NCBI GenBank assembly: GCA_964247055.1
Contig: OZ176053.1
Location: 12,152,001 to 12,216,000, forward strand
Source of the DNA: Paragordius varius
Taxonomy: Eukaryota; Animalia; Nematomorpha
Direction of reading: 5' to 3'
Length of the DNA: 64,000 nt
The notes under the pieces are model-generated. The model saw only the letters and a program-made list of their open reading frames with translations. It was not told the origin of the DNA and made no database searches. Both the position numbers and the translations under genes were made by a program. Below are positions 31,801-50,244 of the stretch, in pieces (position 1 is the first letter of the stretch; every line of letters starts with the position of its first letter).

Positions 31801-34800
31801 TTAAGATTCTTAAATTGATTTTAAGCATCAATGGCATTGAAAGTAAATCATATGTAAACAAAAGCACGAGATTAAATATTTTAAAATAATATTCAGAGAG
31901 TCAGATATATAATCAACACCCATTTTCTTTTGGGAGTTTTATGTCACAAAGCGATTTAAAAATTGAATATCTAAAAAGTATTTAAGGTATTAGGTCGAAT
32001 TTAAAATTATGCCTTCTTTGGTCATTTAGGCGTAATATACAAAATTTTTTTTACAAAAGTTATATTGTTAAATCCTCATCTCAAACTATTTGTCACCATT
32101 TTTTTCAATAAATATTTTTAAATCGCTAATGCAACAGGCAAATAAATGTATGTTATGGTTAGAAAATATAAATAATTTAAAAAGTTTTCAGGCTACTTTA
32201 CCAGCAAAAACTTGCTATATCATAATCGTTGGTTTTAATCGTGTTGGAGCTGTCTTAATAGACTACAGAAATCGCAAACCGTAAAAAATATAAGCTTTTT
32301 TATCTAAATACATAAGAACAATGTTTGATAATTAAATTTTAACTAAAATACAAAATTTTGCAAGCTCTGGACAGAACTACCCCAAATGGTAAACTAGGAC
32401 AATAAAGTGAAAAATTAATGAAGTGTTAGGTCTATGTCTAAACTTGAATCACATGGTTCGACCTTACTTTCTACAACTTAAAGTGTTAAATACACAAAAA
32501 AATGTCAAATAATATTAAAAGTTTTCTAATTTGAAAAATATATAAATTTTATGTTGTCCTAAAAATACTACATTGAACTATATAATTTAGTATTATTTTT
32601 TAATTAAATACGGTGGCCATCGCAATTCGTAGATTTGATTTCACAAAATTCCAATCTTATATTTAAAATGGATATTTATTACCTATATTTTGATGTCTTT
32701 ATATAATATTTTATACTTTAAGGCAGAAAATATTAATTTTAATCTTGTAATCTTGTATGTTCATAAATAAGATACATACCTCTTATTTGGCCATTTTGGT
32801 CCATATAACGAAATTCTGATAAAAACTGTCAGCTTTTTTGTTACATCTCAACTAGGTTGTTTATCTGGTTACAAATATGAGCATACAAATTTAATTATAA
32901 AAATTTGTGAACGAAATAAAATCAAGCGATTCTAAATAAGGCTGACTCGATCGACGTATTGTTTTTATATAATCTTAGATAAAATATTTAATCGAATTAA
33001 GGTTGGCAAAATTGTTGTATAATAAAGAACATGTTTGTTCGGGAGCACTTGTCACGCATTCCTGGGTTTTAACCCTTAAAGATTGTTTTAGAAACAGGGA
33101 ACAATTACTTGAATGGACACTCGTTTTGGGCAACTTGGCTCACGATCAATTAGACAGTGGTCAACAAAAATACTCAATACATTATGTGCTATATAGCCAA
33201 AAAGGTTAGATATATTTAAAGTTTTAAAACCATTTTACCGAAATGATATAGTTGTTATATTATATAGTTTTTTCTATCTAAAAGAGGATATATAAATTGT
33301 ATTTATAAAAGGTTATTATATACCATTTCTCAGTCAAAAGCAACTCTTATTCAACCAAACGCAACACTTTTAGTTCCGTTAAGATGAAAGGCTGAATTAA
33401 AATATTATTTATATCTAAAATTAACTAAAGTTAAAATGAATACTTAATAATTAATTGTCATAAAATAAACAGATTTGTCAATTTAAATGTTAGTTTGGTC
33501 GAAAAGATGTTGTGTTTGTTGAAAAAAGGTAATGTTTAATTAAAAAAATATGCCTTTTGACTGAAAAAGCGGTAAAAAACTCGCCGCTGAATGGCAATAC
33601 AAAGATTAAGCACTGGGGTTTTTCCTCATATGCACAGTGCATGAATGGCATGCCTTAATCACAATGTTCTTTGAATAACGTAGAAATATTTTTTATATAT
33701 TTTTTGATATACTTGGAAAGTGATAATGATTTTAAAGTGTAATAATTAATTTAAATTGCTAACATTCATAGAGAATAGTGGCTGTTTAATCTTATTATTA
33801 CAGTAAAAATTGGACTTATACGGACAAAATGTAACAATATAAAGATAAATATTTTTTTCTAAAAGAAAACCATACTGTTTTAAACTCCATTATATAACTA
33901 ATTGTTTCTTATTGCAATCTATAAAATTGATTAATTGGTGACAATCAATTCTGTATATATAACAATTACAATTAAATAGCCTATATGGGAAAAATTAAGG
34001 TTTAAAAAGTATGGTTGTCTTTTAGAAAAAAATATTTGATTTATATTTTTACGTTTTGTCCGTATAATTTCAGTTACTTTGGATTTATATTATGATTATA
34101 TTAATGTTTGTAAAATGGTGTCAAATAAGTTGTGAGTTTTGATATTTATATATGCTGATACTTAAACTTAAAAATTGAATTAACTATTAAGCATGTATTA
34201 TATCTATACATTTTTTGTAACCTTTTTTTAAAAAATAATGTTTAAATGAAATACCGTTATAACAAAAGTTACTCTCTACCTTTAACGGATTCGGAAAAAG
34301 GAATTTTTAACCTTTAATTTTTATTTAACTTATTCATGGATGATAGTTGGTATTTTTGAAGGATCCATCCCCCCACAATTAGCATTGGTTAGAATTGGAA
34401 CCTTTAGTCCTTCGCTATACACGACATCATATATACTATCTTCGTTTGTCAAAACTATATGCTTTAGTGGGCCATCGTTCCCGATTGCCAACGAATCCAT
34501 TTATGTAGCATCTTGGACTTACAAAGAGGGTTCATATATTTTTGTTTATAACTTATATTTAACATTTTACTCAAATTTTTATGTTAATTACAACACAGCT
34601 TGGTGCTGAATTGATTTATGTCTTATTCTTAAATTAATTGAAAAACTTACATTTATCTATAACAAGATTTATATTGTTAGAAATTATGACTTAGATATAT
34701 CGGGTAAAGTTTCGACAACCCACATCTATGATATTTAACTTACTCAAATTAATTATGATTTTGGTAGAAAATGTTCACATTTAATAAGGTTAAAAGAATT

Positions 34801-35566
34801 ATGAAAAAAGATATAATAATATTATCAATTTTTGTAAAATAAAAATCTTATAGCATCTGGCAATCGAACGAATTTGTTCCCTATGTATCGACCAGCGGTG
34901 TTAGCTAATTTGAAGGACTGTCCTTGGCAAAACTATCAAGAAGAGGAAAATGTCATTTGTGTCGCCAGAACGGAACAAACTCCATTTTATGAACCCGGGA
35001 GTTTATTAATACATCATCATGGTAAATCGTTTTAGAGGATATAACTTACTAAAATTAATTTTATACTTTACCCAATCTAATTTTTCCACTCATAAAAATG
35101 TTTTGTTATTCAAAACATCCACTTGACCGTTCCAAGTCAATAGGGCTATTTCTGAATTAATCAGATTGAAAGCGTTTTTGGTGATTGAATGTTTATTTCG
35201 AGCGGCTAATAACATATATAATCCTGTTTGATCCTTAATTTACGAATAAGTGTGAAACGCAAACGCAGCCTGATGTATTTTGCCTCATTAGAACCTATAG
35301 ATTAATTGTTTATCATAAAAATATTAAATACTACACTTTTTCTTTTATGATAATAATATTTTATTAATGACGAGAGATATTTTATCCTTATTTTGACTTA
35401 ACGATATTACGTTTGCCTTATACCAATAGAAACTCATATGTTATTGGGATTGTGGATAGGCGCTGAACAAAATAGCAAACACGTAAGAAGCGTGGATTAT
35501 TTCTTAAACATAGATGCATATCGGATTTGGATTCAAAACACCGTTTTTCAACTTCGTCGTAAATGA
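25878..35566 (+). CDS. Secreted protein: signal peptide + 8 EGF-like modules + catalytically inactive trypsin-like domain (serine protease homolog), 14 exons
   Basis: Signal exon 25878-25932 (MFYFLIYHLIWISATNGL). Eight phase-1 exons starting near 27684, 27856, 28210, 28388, 28817, 29035, 30443 and 31100 each encode CxC..C...GxCxCxxG[YF]xGxxC. Linker exon ends in PW. Protease exons 33002-33204, 34347-34529, 34854-35021 and 35430-35566 give CSGALVTHSWVLTLKDC, QLALVRI, VKTIC, ENVICVA, YEPGSLL and YRIWIQNT. Confidence 0.85.
29760..30150 (+). repeat. Dispersed ~400-bp intronic repeat (second copy ~32020-32400)
   Basis: atcctcatctcaa...aaatcg.taatgcaa..gcaaataaat...tactttaccag...agctctgg...aactacccca is shared between two introns of the same gene. 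Short related pieces near 13335 and 55740. Confidence 0.7.
30743..31033. mobile_element. hAT-like MITE with 8-bp target-site duplication
   Basis: TIRs caggagtatccca / ttgaacacacctg. Flanks cattagat / cattatat match 7 of 8. Same gcggaccgc/gcgggccgc subterminal motifs as the 13365 element. Confidence 0.8.
33817..34066. repeat. Long imperfect inverted repeat (foldback/MITE) in intron
   Basis: Arm tatacggacaaaatgtaa...ctaaaagaaaaccatact pairs with agtatggttgtcttttag...ttacgttttgtccgtata. A related arm is at 58702. Confidence 0.7.
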
Positions 35567-35646
35567 ATAAATTTAATTTGCTAAATACCAAAATTATATA
35601 TAACATATTAATTTGATTTAAATTATAACTGATGTTGTTACAATCA

Positions 35647-36754
35647 CCAGATGTAGTCATCAGTCATTACCGGTTTAGTTAAAAGAAGCCATAAGCGAAA
35701 AGTGCGCAGACGATTTATTTGATACAGACCCCAGTTTTTCGTCTGGACATTAAGTCAAAACATATACTATTTGTCGCCAAAAGGTAGCGTCTTATTTTTA
35801 CATTTAGTGGTCATGTCAATTTTGTCCACAGAACTGCGATGCTTGCCATCAGAAGAAAAGAAGGTTATCGTTTGCTGGCAGAAACATATGGTGAACATAC
35901 TCTATCAATTAACACATGTGAAAGGTTTCGAAATATTAAAATTGTGATTTGATGTAAATGATTGTGACCGCCTACTCCTCACAATGAGACGACGCTAAAG
36001 TGCAAGAGCTATTGGATGATGACCCATCTAAAACTTAACGATTGGCAAAGCATTAAATATTTCACACAAAACAAACAATAGATGTCTACGAGCTATAAGA
36101 AAGTTACAGTAAATGGGCTTAATACAATTTAAATTAATGAATTGATCGCAATGCGAGCTGTTAAATCGGGCTCTAACGTCACATTAAGAAATTATTTTTG
36201 CAGTGTATGACAGGTAATTAGAAATGCTCTGTAAATCCAAACCGAAAAATCCTGACTTTCACTTTGCCAGCCAATCCATTAACACCAATTCCATATCGCT
36301 TCCGTAAGAAGATCATGCTGTGTGTTTGGTGGGACCAGAGCGGTATTGTGTTTAATAAACTTTTGAAACCCGGTAAAACCGTTAATACACAGCTCGACCT
36401 TTAGTGAATGATTAACTTATACCATGCATTAATCAAAAAACGGCCGGGTCAAAAAACCTGAAAAAGTAATTTTCTGCATTACAATAATCCGTCTCACACA
36501 CAAAACTAAATAAAGATGCATTGAAAGCGTTTTGATGATTCTTTTGCATCCGCTGAACCTCCTGACCTAACGCCATCTGACTAAAACATCTTCGCGCAGC
36601 AGCACCTGATCAATTTTTCTGGCATGGCATTCATATAATCTGAGAGATCGGCAAAATGTTTAGAAGCCGGTAGACAATATTTTGAATAAAATGAATGATC
36701 TTCCTATAATTTTTTTAAATTGAAAAACCGGTAAAATCTTGTGACTATACCTTG
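35647..36754 (+). mobile_element. Decayed mariner (Mos1-like) transposon
   Basis: Transposase remnants YRLLAETYGEHTLSINTCERFR, RKKIMLCVWWDQSGIV, LLKPGKTVNT and PDLTPSD*, with stops and frameshifts. Degenerate ~28-bp TIRs at ~35649 and ~36723-36752. Confidence 0.9.
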
Positions 36755-37017
36755 CCTAAATTTATAAAAAAACAAGATATCCTATAATTACTAAACATAA
36801 AATTAATATTTTTTTCATTTATTGAATGAAGTATATATTATGTGAAACGAGTTGTGTAAAAAATTAGGTAGACAAAATAACATAATTATTGCATATATCC
36901 ATGAGATGATGGGCTATCTATCTTCCACAAATACAAATAAACAAAGATGAAACAAAGATTTTTTTATAAACATATATAAAAGTTGACATTATTTAAAGAT
37001 ATGAAAAATGCAGTGTA

Positions 37018-40000
37018 TTAAATTTTCCAAATTCGTGATTTAAGTTCGAAAGACATAATCTTTGATTTTTTGCCAGGCGAAGAGGCGGAAGAATTGTTTG
37101 AGCTAGTTAAGGGTGTTTGAGATTGTGTGCTAACTGAATTAAGTATATCGAGATTGGATTTTGTCAATTGTTTTTTGTGCATGATCCCGTTACGATCAAT
37201 TTTCGTTTCTTTCACCAAGTTTTGAACTTTATGCAAAAATGAAAAAATAGATAAAATGTTTTTTGATATAAAAAATAAGCGCTAGTTACCTAAATTATAT
37301 GACAAAGGTAAATTCATAATTTATGTAAACAAACCATATTAACTTAATGGTTGAATATTTGACAAAAAATTATATTGTGAGTTCATCAATATACTAATCA
37401 TACACAAAAATGATAAAGTTTTACGATTTAACATCATTTCGGTTATATCCCTTTATTTTGATTCTTGATATCACAAAATTGTATATTTTTCAAAAAAAGA
37501 ATGTTACATTTACAGTACAAACATAAACTTACTTAAACAACCCAACCTGTGTTTACTACAAAAACATTTAAAACCTTAAAGAATCAAAGAAAAAAAACCT
37601 TCAGACACGGTAAGACTCGACGGTGATTTACCCACAAATCCCAAATATTTGGGTGATATGGGCGGTAAGGATTCACGATGGCCGCCTTTTCCTACTTTAT
37701 TAGCTTTTATGTCTGAAAACAAATTGTCGTTAACTAATTTTAGCGTTTGAGGTTCAAGTCGTGATGTGGGTTGGGATGATGATGGTGTTTTGGGCAAAAA
37801 TATTTTGCGAATACTTTCAAGATCTAACCTGGAGGACGGGCTCAGAGGATTCGCTGCTGATATATTGCTGTTATTATTTGAGGTGGTACGGAAAGGGAGA
37901 CATTTAATATATCGTCCATTTTTTGGATTGTTGTTAACAAGAATACCGTTATTATTATTACTACCATCCACCAAACTAATATTTGGTGCCGAAATATTTT
38001 TATCGCAATAGGATGGCAGGTGTGTTGTGGTGAATGTTGTTTTAGGAGCCCCCGTTCTTCTCGTGTTAAATTTTGTCCCATTCAACAATTCTGTGATCAT
38101 GGCCTCTTTTTGAGCTGCATCGAATTGAGAAGAGCCCTCCTGAAATCTAAATGCATATAAATATACCTAAGTCACAATTGCAATCAAAATCGTTTTTAGT
38201 TACTGTTCCTATTGTACGCGTTTAATAAAAGGTTACGGACAAAATATATCCGGTTATGTTGAAAATTATGCAAAATTATTTTTACGGTTCTATCATCTGA
38301 TCAAAATTCCAAATGTTATTATTATTATTATTATGATATTACACACGCCGAAAAAAAAGAATATAAGGCTAACATTGCATTAATATTCAAAACAAAAATT
38401 TATTTTTGAAACCGTCCAATTCTAAAACGGTTCCGCAACTGTGTTTGTTTTATAACTTTAACGCGCAAGTTCCGATTTCAGTTTTTTATACACAAAATAT
38501 ATGCAATAGCATATAAAATGGTGGTTATAAATGAATTAAAAAAAACAAATTACTTATCTCTTATTTCCCAATTTCTTCCCAGTAATTGGTTATTATTCTG
38601 CTGGTGCAAATCCTCGTTAACATTTTTTGATTTTGGTGCATTTTCGATGGAAACACCTTCACTAAAATTATTAAGTGATAGCGATTGATTAATATTGTAT
38701 GGTGTTGTTTTGGATATGTTTGAAGGCAATACAAAACAACTCGTTCTTCGGGATAGGTGGGGGAGTAACTCTTGATTTTTGGCTAAATTTCGGTTATTAT
38801 CATCAACTTTTGTATTCCCACCATTATGTGCTTTTTGATTTTCGGTATTAAAACAATTAGTCCTGTTGTTGTTTAATTCATACAGATTGGATGGCAAATT
38901 TGTGTCAGAACACGGTTTATGGCTTAAATAATGTTTGGTGGTAGGAGGAAGAATTGTTTGTGGGCTACTGCCTTTTTGGTTATGTAATAACTTATCCTGA
39001 TAATCGTAATAAAAATTGGTGAATAAATTTGTATCACTGTTCGGTTGTTGATTTCCAACGCTGGAAAAATCATTGGTTTGATTGCAATTATTACTATTGT
39101 TCGTAATTAACGTGTTATAAATTCGCATAGTTGATAATGAATCTTCCATTCCAAGCATATTGGGAATCCCATTCTGAGCCACATTTTGCCAAGAGCGCCC
39201 AAACGCATTATTATTGTTGTGAGGACTTTCAACTAATTACATGTAGAAAATGTAATATAAAAAAAGGTTCAATTCTATGTGAATTCTAATTTACTAACAA
39301 GTGTACATATATACCCTGCTTAACCCTTAAACATCAAAAATAAAAAGTGTTTTTATCCCTCAACTCAAATCAAATGAAATAAAATTAAACCAGAGTTATG
39401 AGAACCCAGGAGGGATTCTTTGAATACAGAAGAGGAGCTTTTATGAGGACCATTCAACAATAAATTATTATTAGGACTTCCGCCAAAGTTGTTAATGTTA
39501 TCACCAGCAACACAATTGGCTTGATTATTAGCGGAATCGAGTTGGGGCAAAGATAATTGATCCTTCAAAAGTTTACGTATAAAAGGGGGAAAATGGTCGG
39601 CTAACGATGATATCTAAAGTTTTAAAATATGAGAAAATATATATGGGCGTCTCAGCAATTTTTGGTTTTAATAAATTTTTACAAAAAGAAAATGACCTTA
39701 ATAACTAAAAAAAAGTTCTTTTGTGACTCAAAAAAATTTAGCAATAAAACTATATATGTGTTAAATATAAAATTTATATAAAACTAAATAGCATAATCCA
39801 AAATATAATTACAATTTCTTCCAGTCGTAAGACATTAGTTTGGGCTTGAAGTAAGGCTTTTTGCAAAACTTCCAATTGAGATGTTTGTTCATTCAATGTT
39901 GCTTTCAGGGTTGATACCTCAAAATTCTTTTTTTCATTCAGCGTGAGCATTTCTCGATCTTAAAAAAATTCAGAAAAAATGGGTCATTAAAATTTTTGAA

Positions 40001-43000
40001 ACGCAAAATAAATAATGGTTTTTAATAAATTATTAACAAAACTCTTCAAACATTAAAAAAATCACCCCTTTATGAAAGCTTTAAACAGCGCCATAAAATT
40101 AAATAACTCATGCTCATTAAAAAATTTCCGATATCCATATTTTCAAAAACAATCGTTAATTTACTCTAAAAATGAGGGTGATGCCATTATAAAAAAGCGT
40201 ACTGTACCCCTAAAATCAACTTTAAAATAAACTCTCTCTTTCCCAATTAATTTGGTTCAAATAAAACTTTTTTTTCCAAAAAAGTGCCAATACATATACT
40301 TTGTGTAATAAGTTGTGAGATTATGACTTCCTTTTTGTCCAATTCAATCAAATGATTATTGCAGTTGTTTATGCCAAAATTCGTAGTAGAATTTGTTCGA
40401 TTTCGATTAGCAACGTTGTTAAGTCCATAAGCGTACGCAATATCGTTAGCTGAATTAGTTTTATTGGTTACAATGTCAGGGTGATTACCTGTGGCCAAGT
40501 TTAAAAGTCGATTAGTTAATTGCGATGTTAAATTGCCTTGACTACCTAAAGCTAGATTGCCTTTATTATTATTATTACCGTTACAAAATGCAGTTGATTG
40601 ATTTTCTCTTTGAAGTAAACTCACATGTTCTTGAAAAAAATAAATGCACAAATGGTTTTTATAAATTTTGCAATTCATTAATATAATATCATTTACAAGT
40701 CAAAATCCCCCTTACAATTTTCACCCTTAAACAATTCAAATTCACCCTAAAAATAAATTATATGCTTTCGGGATAATATAACTCATCATTAATATGAAAT
40801 ATTAATTTACGACATAGTTTATTATTTTCAGTATTATATTAATTTTAAATGGAATTTCATACTTTAAAAATATTATAAAATAAAGGTAAAATTTATTTTG
40901 GAAAACACCTATTCAGGGTGAATTTGAATTGTTCAAGGGTGTATTTAAATGTAAATGGTATAATTTTATATATTGCCAGATAATGTGCATTTACTGTAGA
41001 AAGCAGTATGATAGACTTAAAGTTATTTTTTTTGGCTTTTTTTCTTAATTTTATGCAATAAAATTGCCTTTTAATGAACTGACAATATTTAATAAAAAAA
41101 GTAGCCATGGATTTTCTATTTTAAGAGATATAATTGAACTTTTTATAAACACAAAAATCTCTATATGTAAAATTCACTCAGTATAATAAAGCAAATACCT
41201 AAAAGTTGTATATTTTGTTGCTTTAATAAAGTATTTTCAGATTCTAGTTTTGTCCTGACTATGCGTTCAAGTTGTTCTCGTTTTTCATTGGTTTGAATGA
41301 GCATGTCATGCCCCTTTTGCGTATTTTCAAGGGCCATTTCAAGCTAACATTATTCATAAGATTAACAATTTTTTTGAAAAAAATAAAAAACAAATACAAA
41401 TCATTCATAGAGTAATTTGATTAGATATAAAGCACTATAAAAGTTACATAACCGTTTCGCGCCATTTTTTTAAATATTTTGGATAAATATCACGTGTTTT
41501 CCATTTTACAATTCATAGAGATTTTAATTTTCATTGTAATATTTTTAAACAAAAACTGAGATGAAAAAGTAAACTAACAACATTCGCATTGCAATCAATG
41601 ATTAATTGATTTATGCATTGTCGTTTTTGAGATAACTTTATAAGTCTGTTGTCAATAGCCTTCATGTTAAATTTAATCCTTTTCAAAAGTTGGTCGATCG
41701 GTCTTTGAGTGAGACACTTTGTTAGTCCGTTTCAAGCCTTCAAATTTTTAATGGTCCAACTTTCAAAATCTCAAATAGCTTCTTTTAATAATTCTGTGTT
41801 GAAACCGTTTTTTTCTGCCGATCGTTATAAGCGTTTCTCATCAATAATGTATTAATAATAGTTTTTGTGAGATTAATTTACCTTAATATCCATAATTTTC
41901 AAACTGTCGATAGAAAACGATTCTATTAAAACTTACTATCCAGAAACTTGTTGTATAAAATCGCTTCTAAAAATGAGCTCAAACAGAGATAAAATACAAC
42001 CCCCTTTCTTAAACCGCATTTGTTTGGACCAATTTCTATCCCGAAAAGAACTTTTTATAAAAACTTCTTATGTGCAAAAAATGTGAAATTATCAAGTGAT
42101 ATGGGTATTCAAGAAAATTTCATATTATATAAATTTGTTTAAATTTTTAATTCATATTAAGCCATAAAATAAAAACTCAGGTGTTTTGATTATAAGGAGA
42201 CCAAGGATAATCAATTATCCTATAGGTTAGAATTAAAGGCATAAATGAATCTATAGAAATATCGATCTAAACATGTAACAAAACATAAACTGAAACTTTA
42301 TATTCTATTGATTGAGCCTAAATTTTAATAAATGGTATTTTTAGTTTTGACAAGCTGCGTTTTATAACCAAAAATAATATATTTGAATTTTTAAAAATGT
42401 GACTTTTTACATCCCAAATTGTTGTCCATTAATAACTAAAAAGTTATGTGACTGTTATAAAAAAATTTGTTCAATACTTTTAGTAACGTTAAATTTTCAG
42501 ATTGGATCCAACTGTCTTAAAAATATCCAATTATTTTATAATTATCCAACATAGTACGGGTTCAAATTAATTTATATGAAATAAGTAAAAGGTAAAACCG
42601 ATTTATATGACCAAATAAAAAGTTGATGTAAAAATGTAGAATTTTAGTAAAAAAAAGATCCAAAACCGAACCTTTTGCATTTGCACGAGTTTTCGTTCAT
42701 TTTGTTCCAAACTTTTGCGCAAACTTTCATTCTCTTTGGCTAACATATCGACCATTCGAGCAGCTCTGAGCGCTATAGCAGCTTCAGTGTCCATAGAAAT
42801 TTGCGGAATGACCTTATTTGGTGATTGGTAATTTTCTTTGGAAATCACAAGGCTATTTGTGGGATATGCAGTAAAATTTGGTAAAGATTGTAATGATTTA
42901 AGGAGAAAATTTTCATTTAAACAAGCGCTAATATTCGTTTGAATTGCATTACTACTGTTAAAATGGCCAATATTTGTGGTCTGAATAACATTATTACAAT

Positions 43001-43233
43001 TGAACATATTTGAGGTATCTGGAGTTGTACAGCAAGCATAAAAAGCATTATTTGATGATGATGCTATCGTGTATAACAGTTCCTTGGAATCTATATTGAT
43101 GACCAAACAAATTATTATATGATAACAAAAAAATAAAAATTATCATAAATTTTAAAAGGTATGCTCATGTAATAAATACACTACTTTGAGAATATGGTGG
43201 AGGCTGTCGTTGATTAATGATATTTGCATTCAT
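37018..43233 (-). CDS. AMOT: Angiomotin-family protein, 9 exons
   Basis: RAARMVDMLAKENESLRKSLE, EKREQLERIVRTKLESE, QLEVLQKALLQAQTNVLRLEE and WEIRDKFQE..FDAA match motin coiled-coil blocks. N-terminal QPPPYS lies in a 49-nt first exon. All junctions are in phase. The symbol indicates family, not one-to-one orthology. Confidence 0.8.
40687..40962. mobile_element. Foldback MITE, copy in angiomotin-like intron
   Basis: Same TIR and acaattcaaattcaccc units as the 17107 and 60183 copies. The internal segment is reversed relative to those copies. Confidence 0.75.
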
Positions 43234-43496
43234 TATGTATTATTAAATATATTTAAATACAAAAGTGTTAATAACTTTCCATATTTATCGTTGTTCGTTA
43301 TTCAAGAATGGTCCTCTTTGTAATAAAAGGCAGAATATAAAAATACGTTAAAAATGCATGGAATTTATGACGTCAAACCATATGGGTACCAACTGTTTGA
43401 CTGTTTTATAAAACTTTTACCAGTTTGTCCGAGAGTTGCAATGTTGTTTTTTCCGAAATTATTTTACACGCGATAAATTGACGATACAAACAACCA
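43234..43496. promoter_or_regulatory. Probable bidirectional promoter between angiomotin-like and LETM1, with a full CRE palindrome
   Basis: 263 bp between divergent ATGs. TGACGTCA at 43368-43375 lies near the middle. Confidence 0.45.
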
Positions 43497-49847
<6,351 letters not shown>

Positions 49848-50244
49848 ATTGATATTCCAATCAATTCTCTAAGTTACACTGCCAAAGTAACATTTACTAC
49901 GATAATCAATCAAAATCTTATTACTCAGAAAATAATTTTTTAAATTTAAAGAAAATCGATTGTAGGAGTGTGATGTTTGAATACATGTATAATAAATAAA
50001 TTAAAACTCAAATCCAATCACGCATTTGCGTGTGTGTGAATGTTTGCGTTGTTGAGTCTATAGAAAATAAATTAATAAATATATCATTGTTTTATTTATT
50101 TATTATTATCTATAATTTTTAAATAAATATTTTCATTATGAAATACAAAAAATATAAATCTCTCATGGTAAAATTACTAAATGCATTTCGCACAAAATAC
50201 ACATGAAAAAGATTGCATAATAACAACAATATTATTGTTATAGG

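Noticed and set aside
34681-34790. Apparent protease exon with an in-frame TAA (possible stop-codon readthrough or pseudogene)
   Set aside because: The flanking exons 34347-34529 and 34854-35021 join directly in phase 1 and give the expected trypsin-fold sequence, so this segment is intron. TAA, TAG and TGA all end genes normally in this window.
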